Positions 27,426 through 38,059 of a stretch of 64,000 nt of DNA are shown one piece after another. Location: contig NC_043013.1 in NCBI RefSeq assembly GCF_006345805.1, positions 7,378,001-7,442,000 on the forward strand. The letters run 5' to 3'. The notes under the pieces are model-generated. The model was not told the origin of the DNA, made no database searches, and saw only the letters and a program-made list of their open reading frames with translations. Position 1 is the stretch's first letter. Every line of letters begins with the position of its first letter. Both the position numbers and the translations under genes were made by a program. This DNA comes from Octopus sinensis (taxonomy: Eukaryota).

Positions 27426-28884
27426 TTAAGCTACTGGTGGCTTTAGTAGTTAATAGTACTTTGGTAGACTTAGCCAATTGATAAATAGAGATTGATAAAA
27501 GGAATTCCATATTGTATAATGTTTTTTGATATGGCTGAAACCCATTGATCCTTTAGCATTTAAACCAGCCATATCTGGTTTAATATTCTACCTGTTTTAT
27601 ATTCAAAGCAACCACATCTGGCTTCTCACACCTACCATACCATGTCGTTCTTAAAATGAGCTCTCACATCATTGCAGTCTCAAAGATACCAGATAATGCA
27701 TGAATAGTTAAAAACCATGTGGATAAGTATTACATTTGAAAGAGCAATCTGAAAGTTGAAGGAGTAAGGCATAGCCAGCTTGGCCCATAGTTAACAGTAA
27801 AATGATAAGTATTTTAACATTCAAATAATGACCTGGGTGCCGGGCTTCACTGAGGAAATGAGAAGGGACTGGGAGATGAGGAAATTTGCTGGACTTGATA
27901 AGACACATCAAGCTAAGTAGAATCGGTGTCTTCCACAGATACAGGCTTGTCTTTTCAGGTGCCAGTGCCACTTAAAAAGCAGCCATGCTGGTGGCACATT
28001 AAAAGCACACTCTGTTAAGTGATTGGTGTTAGGAAAAGCATCCAGCCATAGAAACCATGCAACAACAGTCAATTGGGGTCTGGACACCTCCCAGCTGACC
28101 AGCTCCATATCAAGCCATCTAAACCATGCCAACATGGAAAGCAGATGTTAAACAATGATCAGATGGGGAGAAAGAACTATTCCAGTTTGTTTTCATTTGT
28201 AAACATTTCTGGTTAACATTGCATCTAATATTTCTTGACGGTGGCACGTAAAAAGCACCATCCGATTGTGGCCGTTGCCAGCCTTGTCTGGCACGTAAAA
28301 AGCACCATCCGATTGTGGCCATTGCCAGCCTCGTCTGGCACCTGTGCAGGTGGCACATAAAAAGCACCCACTACACTCACGGAGTGGTTGGTGTTAGGAA
28401 GGGCATCCAGCTGTAGAAACACTGCCTGATCAGACTGGGCCTGGTGCAGCCTTCTGGCTTACCAGACCCCAGTTGAACCGTCCAACCCATGCTAGCATAG
28501 AAAGCGGACGTTAAACGATGATGATGATGATGATGATGATGAAGCTGGCAGCATCGTTAGCACATTGGGCAAAATGCTTAGAGGCATTTCATCTGTCTTT
28601 ACATTCTGAGTTCAAATCCTACCAAGGTCAACTTTGCCTTTCATCCTTTCATGATTGATGAATTAAGTACCAGTTTAGCACTGGGGTCGATGTAATCAAC
28701 TCTTATCCCTCCCTCCCCCGAAATTGCTGGCCATGTGCCAAAATCTGAAACCAATATTTCTTGAAGTTATTTCATGGCATGGAAGAAGGTGCCCATCAAA
28801 ACAGACTCACTTCATTTTGTTTGTTTTATTTTGTTTTGTTTTGTTTATTTTTTGTTTTACTTATTTATTTATTTTTCTTTCTAG

Positions 28885-28964
28885 GTGTTACTGCAGCTTT
28901 GAGGGGGAAATACTTACAGGATATTTACCTCTGCCTTACAGTCATCTTACTGCCAAGTCTTGTA
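28885..28964 (+). CDS. Gene A exon E4
   Basis: tttctag|G ... TGT A|gtaagt; phase 2 to 1, 80 nt. Encodes CYCSFEGEILTGYLPLPYSHLTAKSC. Confidence 0.88.
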
Positions 28965-30056
28965 GTAAGTAATCTTGCTAACCTATTCTTTCCAACACTC
29001 CACTCTTCATTGTTCTTTCCTTGTTGTCTCCAAGCTGAGATTATTTATAAGACCATTCTTGATTTATATTCTGTTTCTATAGAACTGAAATGACATCATC
29101 ATCATCATCATCATCATCGTTTAGCGTCCGCTTTCCATGCTGGCATGGGTTGGACGGTTCAACTGGGGTCTGGGAGGCCAGAAGGCTGCTCCAGGCCCAG
29201 TCTGATCTGGCAATGTTTCTGCGGCTGGATGCCCTTCCTAACGCCAACCACTTCGTGAGTGTAGTGGGTGCTTTTTACGTGCCACCAGCACGGAGACCAG
29301 AAGAGGCTGGCAAACGGCCACGATCGGATGGTGCTTTTTACATGCCACCGGCACGGAGACCAGACAAGGCTAGCAATGGCCACGATCGGATGGTGCTTTT
29401 TACATGCCACCGGCACGGGGGCCAGATGAAAATCAAAACCCTTAGCCTTTCAACATTTAAACCAGCCGTATCCAGCCCAAATAACCTATCTATTTTATGC
29501 TCATATGGCCTCTCATATCTATCCAATAGTGTCATTCTACAAAATTAAACATTCAAATCACTTTTACTATAGACTTGGACCAATCAAAGCCTTCTGAGGT
29601 AATTTAGTTGAAAGAAGACCATCGTACTTAGTTATTCTTTATTATTTTACTTTTTTACTTGTTTTAGTCATTTGACTGCAGCCATGCTGGAGCACCACCT
29701 TGAAGTGTTTTTGTCAGACATTTTGATCTCAGGACTAATTTTTAAGCCTAGTACTTATTCTATCAGTCTCTTTGCTGAACTTATAAGTTCTAGGGACGTA
29801 AACACACCAACACTGGTTGTCAAGTGATGATGGTGGGGACAGACACACACACATACAATGGGCTTCTTTCAGTTTCCATCTACCAAATCCACATACAAGG
29901 CTTTGGTCGGTCCAAGGCTATAGTAGAAGACACTTGCCCAAGCTTCAGCATAGTGGAACTGAACCCAGAACCATGTGGTTGGAAAACAATCTTCTTACCG
30001 CGCAGGCATAGCAGTTCTCTTATTGAAAGCTTTAACTTGTCAGTATAAAAGAATTG

Positions 30057-30472
30057 GGATCTTTTCGGTTTGAACGGCAGTTTTTTCTAGCAGTGTCATA
30101 TGAAATTGTCACCCATAATTATGACCCTAGTATCGATCTATTGCATTTCTATCTATTTTAGGGTTAGGGTTAGGGGTTGTGGGAAGGGTATCTTTTTTTC
30201 TTCTCAAATGTAAATAAACCCAATCTGTTTCTTAAACGAGGGACATATTCACACGGCACAGAATGTTTTCAGCTCAATAGACATCATTGATTGGTTGAAA
30301 TTGCAGAAATTGAAGAAAAAAAACAACAAATATCTTACAAACTATAGAATTTTCTCAATAAAGCCAACGGAAAATGATGTTTTATAAACACATTCTACCA
30401 GGATCTGAAGTTTAAAATTTTTTAGTTACCTAGAAATTTTGTTAAAAACTGCCGTTCAAACCGAAAAGATCC
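30057..30472. mobile_element. MITE with 29-bp TIRs and 8-bp TSD (Merlin-like)
   Basis: TIR GGATCTTTTCGGTTTGAACGGCAGTTTTT at both ends; TSD AAGAATTG at 30049-30056 and 30473-30480. GG termini with an 8-bp TSD fit the Merlin superfamily. Confidence 0.85.
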
Positions 30473-30548
30473 AAGAATTGTACTAATTTTCTAGATAGAT
30501 TTTAATTTTGTTCTCTATAATCATATATTTTATTTCTTTACTCTACAG

Positions 30549-30739
30549 ACTGTGCTTTACAAAAAGCTAAATTCATGAAAACAAAGTTAATTGGGAAAAT
30601 GTATATGTGTACCAAAACTGGTAGCTTCGAGAACCTTCAGTGCACTGGATCAGTTTGTCATTGTGTTGATGACTCTGGAAAACAATTAAACAATTCAGAA
30701 CCATTTCCTGTAACTGAGATCGACGGGTCCCAGTGTTAA
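30549..30739 (+). CDS. Gene A exon E5: complete thyroglobulin type-1 domain and stop
   Basis: ctacag|AC; encodes (N)CALQKAKFMKTKLIGKMYMCTKTGSFENLQCTGSVCHCVDDSGKQLNNSEPFPVTEIDGSQC*, matching the C..G.F...QC....C.CVD..G pattern. Donor G|gtttgt lies one nt after TAA. Confidence 0.92.
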
Positions 30740-30803
30740 GGTTTGTATTGTTTCTATTTTCATCGAGTAAAGAAATAGGTATTTCTTTCTAAAAAAAAAA
30801 AAA

Positions 30804-31022
30804 GCGGTGAGCTGGCAGAAATGTTAGCACGCCAGGTGAAATGCATAGCCGTATTTCGTCTACCATTACGTTCTGGGTTCAAATTCCGCTGAGGTCGACT
30901 TTGCCTTCCATCCTTTCGGGGTCGATAAATTAATTACCAGTTACGCACTGGGGTCAATGTAGTCGACTTAATTCGTTTGTCTGTCCTCTCTGTGTTTAGC
31001 CCCTTGTGGGTAGTAAAGAAAT
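30804..31022 (+). mobile_element. tRNA-derived SINE family 2
   Basis: GAGCTGGCAGAA head, GTTCAAATTCC B box, GCCTTCCATCCTTTCGGGGTCGATAAA central block. Confidence 0.88.
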
Positions 31023-31065
31023 ATGTATTTTCATCGAGTTTACCCTTGACTTGCTTCCCCCACTG

Positions 31066-31107
<42 letters not shown>

Positions 31108-32041
31108 ACATCTGTTTTTCCATTGATTTTGCTTTGGTTGAACAGGTCTTTCTGGGCACTGCATCTTGCTATCTGTCACAACCCCTTACATCTCCTTCAT
31201 GAGAGTTAACATCTTGAGATCAGCCTTCACCACTTCTCCCCACACATATATCTATAGAATGGCTTTTCTTTAATACAGGTTTCTTTAGTTAGGATCTCTT
31301 GGTTCTTCTTCATACACATGGTCCCGGGTTCAGTCCCACTGCATGGCACCTTGAGCAAGTGTCTTCTACTATAGCTTCGGGCCGACCAAAGCCTTCTGAG
31401 TGGATTTGGTAGACGGAAACTGAAAGAAGCCTGTCGTGTATATGTGTGTGTATATATATATATATATGAGTGTGTTTGTGTTTGTCCTCCCAACATCGCT
31501 TGACAACCGATGCTGGTGTGTTCATGTCCCCGTAACTTAGCGGTTCGGCAAAAGAGACCAATAGAATAAGTACTAGGCTTACAAAGTATAAGTCCTGGGG
31601 TCGACTTGCTCGACTAAAGGCGGTGCTCCAGCATGGCCGCAGTCAAATGACTGAAACAAGTAAAAAGAGAGAGAGAGCTGCCTGATACATTTGTAACTCC
31701 CTCCCAAACGTGAATAGACATGTAGCTCTCCAACAACTGGAACTTACTCTGCCTCACTTCCTTCTTTCACACCTTAAAGCTCATCTGCCAGTATAACTTT
31801 TGAGTTTCGTAAGCTTACAAGCTGCATGACAACCTCCCTAATGCTAGTGCCACAAACAAAGCATCCAGTACACAGTGAAAAATGGTTGGCCTTTAGAGAA
31901 AGCATACAGCTGAAGAAACCATCTCAAAGCAGACACTGGAGCTCAATGCAGTCTCTGAACACATGTCCAACCATTCAGTCCATGCTAGCATGGAACATAG
32001 ATGTTTTTCTAAGCCCTGTTAAAGAACAGTTTTTCTAAGCC

Positions 32042-32315
32042 GCCGCCTCGATTGGCTTCCGTGCAGGTGGCACGTAAAATGCACCAATCCGACCGTGGCC
32101 GATGCCAGCCTCGCCTGGCACCAGTGCAGGTGGCACGTAAAAAGCACCCACTACACTCACGGAGTGGTTGGCGTTAGGAAGGGCATCCAGCTGTAGAAAC
32201 ATTGCCAGATAAGACCGGAGCCTGGTGCAGCCTTCTGGCTTCCCAGATCCCCGGTCGAAGCGTCCAACCCATGCTAGCATGGAGAACGGACGTTAAACGA
32301 CGATGATGATGATGA
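32042..32315 (+). mobile_element. RTE 3' tail insertion with ~25-bp TSD
   Basis: TGTTAAAGAACAGTTTTTCTAAGCC at 32017-32041 and 32316-32340; near-identical to 41991-42263. Confidence 0.85.
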
Positions 32316-33639
32316 TGTTAAAGAACAGTTTTTCTAAGCCCTGTTAAAGAACTTGGAAGGTTGGGCCTCCAGCCAGGCCTTTCGCAACACCCTTAAAACC
32401 AGGAACTTTTCAGCACCCACTCATCATGCATATATGCAAGCATGCATTTGCGTGTGTGTTAGTTTCACTTTGTCTTGACATCGTGTGATTATGGTAAACA
32501 ATAATCTTAGGCATAGGAGTGGCTGTGTGGTAAGTAGCTTGCTTACGAACCACATGGTGTCTGGTTCAGTCCCACTGCATGGCACCTTGGATATCTGAAC
32601 CATATATCTACATGTGTGTGTGTTTGTGTGTCTGTGTTTGTCCCCTAACATCGCTTAACAACTGATGCTGGTGTGTTTATGTCCCCGTAACTTAGCGGTT
32701 CGGCAAAAGAGACCGATAGAATAAGTACTAGGCTTACAAAGAATAAGTCCTGGGGGTCAATTTGCTCGACTAAAGGCAGTGCTCCAGCATGGCCACAGTC
32801 ACATGACTGAAACAAGTAAAAGAGCAAGTGTCACTGTCAAACAAACCGTGTCATTCATTTCCAATATCCTGCAAAAACACATCTGGCCATGGAGAAATAT
32901 TAGCTTGCCTTCAAACGGGTGCTTGTTAACAAGAATTTTTTACTTGTTTCAGTCAATTGACTGCAGCCATGCTTGGGCACAGCCTTGAAGGGTTTAGTCA
33001 AGTTGACCCTAGTACTTGTTTCGTCTTAAAGCTGATATTCTATCAGTCTCTTTTTGCTGAACCACTAAATTATGGGGCCATAGACAAATCAATAATTTGG
33101 TGGTCACCAGTTGTCAAGTGATGATGAAAACACACACACACACACATGGCACAGTTTCTTTTATTCTCTGTCTACCAAATCCACTTACAAGGCTTTTGAT
33201 CCTGGAGCTATAACAGAAGACATTTGCCTAAGGGCCTGCACTGTGGGACTAAGCCCAGAACCACATTGGGAAGCAACTTTTTACCACACACCCATACCTG
33301 CATCATCATCATCATTATCATCATCATCATTTAACGCCTGCCTTCCATGCAGGCATGGGCTGCACAGTTTGACAGGAGTCAGCCAGGTAGAAGACTACCC
33401 CAGGCTGCTCTGCCTGTTTTGGCACGGCTTTTATGGCTGGATGCCCTTCCTAACACCAACCACACCATCTAAACCCTGCATTTAAATGCAAAAAAAGGAA
33501 AATCCAAATTAATATAAATACATCTATCATCGATATTTAATTGATCCTCTACTGATCAGAAGGTTAATTATGTACATGTCTATAAATTTCAGACTATTTG
33601 GCACTGCATATTTATATAATAATTTTCTTCTTATTTCAG

Positions 33640-33990
33640 ATTATATTTTCCAAAAGGAAGCATTCAGATGATTCTAGTGATTCAAACTTCATTGTCTGTA
33701 AACTTTGTTCAAAAGTCTTTTTATATTATTGTTACAGAGATAGTAGTTAATAGTGGAAAGATTTTATCGATAGTCAAGCAAAAATAACTTTACCACCAAC
33801 ACAATATGATGTTAATGTTTTTCTAATCACATTATTTCCACGTTATTTATAATATTTCTTATTGATGAAGGCACTTCAAATTTTGTTACGAATCTGTTAT
33901 GCATTTAAATGTTTAAGCATATTTTTATTAACACATGTATTTATTAATTGATGTATTTTATCCAGAAATAAAATATTTTGAAGCAAGACA
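33640..33990 (+). other. Gene A terminal (3'UTR) exon
   Basis: Acceptor cttcttatttcag at 33639 and AATAAA at 33967-33972. The upstream intron aligns with those preceding the last exons of genes B and C. Confidence 0.6.
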
Positions 33991-35086
33991 GTGAGTGGAT
34001 GCAGTTTTTATCCAAAATTTTTATCTTAGCATCATCATTTCTTTTATTTATTTTTCACTTGTTTTAGCCATCGGACTGTGTCCATGCTGGAGCATTATCT
34101 AGAAGTGTTATTTAATCAGACAAATTGCTCCAAATACTTATTTTGTTGTCAATACTTATTCTGTTGGTCTCTTGCTAAACTGACAATAATTTCAACAAGC
34201 TATTACCAGTTGTCAAGTGAGGACATACACATACACATGTGTGTGAGTTTGTCTGTGTGTGTGTGAGTACAGGCACAGGTTTGGCTGTGTGATTAAGGAG
34301 TTTATTTCCCAATTGTGGTCTTGGGTTCAGGACCACTGTGTGATACCTTGCGTTATAATTCCTGGCCGATGAAAGGCTTGTGAGTGGAAACTAGAAAAGG
34401 CCCATTGTGTGTGCGTGTGTGTGTGTGTGTGGTGTGTGTGTGTGTGTGTGTATGTGTGTGCATGTGTGTGTGTGTGTGTGTGTGTGTGTGCTCTTATGTA
34501 GACACCATGTGATGGTTGTAAATGAACATCCTCGTCATACAAGCAAGATTATTCATCTCAAATCTTCTGTGATAAATATGTCTGACCATGGAGAAATACT
34601 ACCCTTGCAAGGAAACAAATGTGGATTGGCAACAGGAAGAGCATCCAGCTGTAGAAAAGTTCTGTCTGACACATACAAGCATGAAATAATAGTTGTTAAA
34701 TGATGATGATGATCATATATATATCAGGTAGTTTCCTACCTTGGCTGGCTCCTGTCAACCATCCTACCCATGCATATATGGAAGACAGACATTAAGTAAG
34801 TGATGATGATGATGATGGTGATGATGATCATCATCATTTAACATCCATTTTCCGTGCGTGCTAGCATGGGTTGGACAGTTCGACCAGGGTCTGGGAAACC
34901 AGGAGGCTGCACCAGGCTCCAGTCTGATCTGGCAGTGTTTCTACAGCTGGATGCCCTTCCTAGTGCCAACCACTCCGTGAGTGTATTGGGTGCTTTTTAC
35001 ATGCCACCGGCACAGGTGCCAGGGGAGGCTGACAGCGGCCACGATCGGTTGGTGCTTTTTACATGCCACTGGCACAGAAGCCAGAT

Positions 35087-35117
<31 letters not shown>

Positions 35118-35252
35118 CAGGCTTCTGTCGGTTTCCATCTACCAAATTCACTCTCAAGGCATTAGTTGACCCAGAGCTATAGAAGACACTTGCAAGGGTG
35201 CTGTGCAGTGAGCTTTCAATTTGTTTATCTTATAAAGTTTACTGAGGAAAGG

Positions 35253-35580
35253 TTCATGGCTTAGTGATTAGAGCTTCGGGTTCACAATCATGAGATAGTG
35301 AGTTCAATTCCTGGACTGAGCTGTGTGTTGTGTTCTTGAGCAAGACACTTTATTTCACATTGCTCCAGTTTAACTCAGCTATAGAAATGAGTTGCAACAT
35401 CGCTGGTGCCAAGCTGTATTGGCCTTTGCCTTTCCCTTGGATAACATCCATGACAAGGAGAGGGGAGGCTTATATGCATGGGCGACTGCTGGTCTTCCGT
35501 AAACAACCTTGCCTGGATTTGTGCTTCAGAGGATAACTTTCTAGGTGCAATCCCATGGTCATTCATGACCAAGGGGGGAT
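35253..35580 (+). mobile_element. tRNA-derived SINE (family 4)
   Basis: A box TGGCTTAGTG, B box GAGTTCAATTCC, TTGAGCAAGACACTT core. Related copies at 54425-54680 (-) and ~19690-19940. Confidence 0.75.
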
Positions 35581-36339
35581 TTCTTTACTGAGGAATTTCT
35601 TAAAACTTTTCCCCACTCCTAACCTTGTATAACAACAGTGGAAAATATGGGTATTTCTGTAAACATGAATGAACAAATGATTGCATTTAATCCTTTTGCA
35701 CATAAACCAGACATATCCAGCCCACGTATTTACCTGTTTTATATTCAGACCATCCAGATTTGCCCTCTCACATCTACCTTACAATATCATTCTAAAACAT
35801 TAACAGTCACATAATCAAAATCTCAAAACCACAAGATAATACTTGATTGATTCAAAACAATATGAATGAATAAGTATTACATTTGACAGAGGAATCAGAA
35901 TCTGAACAGGTTGAAATATAGGGAGAATTTATCTAAAGTCAATATATAAAAACAAAAACAAAGACCTTCTCAGATTTCCTTCAAACATGGGTTGGACAGT
36001 TTGACTGGGGTCTGGGAAGCCAGGAGGCTGCACCAGGCTCCAGTCTGATCTGGCATTGTTTCTACAGCTGGATGCCCTTCCTAATGCTAACCACTCCGTG
36101 AGTGTAGTGGGTGATTTTTACATGCCACCGACACAGGTGCCAGGCGGGGCTGGCAATGGCCACGATTGGTTGGTGCTTTTTACGTGCCACCAACACAGGT
36201 TTCACAACTACAATTTTCATTTGATTTTTGATGTTGATGTACTTGACTCAATAGGTCTCCTGAAGCACAGCAGGTCATCCTGCGATCCAAGGTACTTTGA
36301 ATGGGCTGGGGCTTCTATATGAAGCCGGTGCAGGAAACA

Positions 36340-37000
36340 TGGTCTCACTGAGGAAATGACTAGAGACCGAGTCCTCTGGAAGTGTGCTGTGCGCGAGAAG
36401 ACCCAGCAGGACAAGTGAGTCCATAACCCGTGGCCTTCTACATGGGATGGAGCCAGCCTACGTATGCATACCTTCCCTTCTTGGGACACAAAACTCTACT
36501 TGTGAAGATCTGTTGAGGCAAGTGAGGATCAGAATCGAAATCGATCAATGGAAATTGCAGATGTGTTACCAGTGCCGGTGGCATGTCGAAACTCTACTTG
36601 TGAAGACCCGTTGAGGCAAGTGAGGATCAGAATGGAAATCGATCAATGGAAATTGCAGATGTGTTACCAGTGCCGGTGGCATGTAAGAGAACCTTCCGTT
36701 TCGCGACCGTTGCCAGCACCGCCCCGTTTCGTGTCCATTGCCAGCCTCACCTGGCCCTCGTGCCGGTGGCATGTAAAAAGCACCATCCGTTCGTGGCCGT
36801 TTGCCAGCTCTGTCTGGCACGTAAAAAGCACCCACTACACTCACAGAGTGGTTGGCGTTAGGAAGGGCATCCAGCCGTAGAAACACTGCCAGATTTGACT
36901 GGGCCTGATGAAGCCTTCTGGCTTCACAGACCCCAGTAGAACCGTCCAACCCATGCTAGCATGGAAAACGGACGCTAAACGATGATGATGATGATGATGA
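36340..37000 (+). mobile_element. RTE LINE 3' end, near-identical to 2787-3461
   Basis: Same sequence and (GAT)n tail; abuts an opposite-strand RTE tail at ~35985-36335. Confidence 0.9.
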
Positions 37001-37624
37001 TATATATATAATATATTTAAATATGGCTCTTATGTATTGTTGTAACACACTCACCAGTTATTGTTTGTCTATATTTAATTTATTTTTAATTTTTCAAAGT
37101 AATTGTTTTCTCTTTATCTCTATATATTTTCCCCTACATTAATCTGTGCCTTTATCAATGGGTGTATATTTTTAAAAGCATTTTTTTGTTTAGATTTATA
37201 ACTAATTTACTGCTGTTACATCTCTATAGTATGAATACAAACTAATGATATATGTGTTTGCTTGTTTACTTTGCCTTCTTTTGTTGTTCTAACAAACATC
37301 AAAATATGTGTGTGTATGTGTATGTTGGCTGACTAGTTGTTTCCACGCTTATTTTAGCTTTGTTGTTGTTTCATTGTGGTGGGAGGTTGTTGCTAGGGAG
37401 CGTTGTTACCTCAATCAATTTTCATATTGAGTATGTAGCTGGGATCTGCCTTCTGTGAATGTATAGCTTCTGTAATCTATTGTATGATTGTATCTTTTGG
37501 ATGTCTAGAAAAAAAGCATTTTTATTTCGACATTTTTTAATCATGCCATTATGTTTCCATAATAGACATCTGTTACATTCATATACCCATAAAAAATTAC
37601 TATTTAAACATTTACATATATGGA

Positions 37625-38018
37625 CAGCTATATTGATTTTATACTGCCTCGATTGCATTCACTGGATTATTTTTCAGCATATTCACAATAACAGTGAATG
37701 TCTTACTGTTTCCTATATCAAAGGATTATCTTGTTTGAACATGTGGCTGGCTATAAGTACATGTCTCTGACAAGACCTAAAATGTCTGAAATGCATCTGG
37801 CATAATTGCTAACCACTGCTGGGATGACTTTTTTTATTTTCTGCCAATATATAGGCGCAGGAGTGGCTGTGTGGTAAGTAGCTTGCTAACCAACCACATG
37901 GTTACGGGTTCAGTCCCACTGCGTGGCACCTTGGGCAAGTGTCTTCTACTATAGCCTCAGGCCGACCAAAGCCTTGTGAGTGGATTTGGTAGATGGAAAC
38001 TGAAAGAAGCCTGTCATA

Positions 38019-38059
<41 letters not shown>

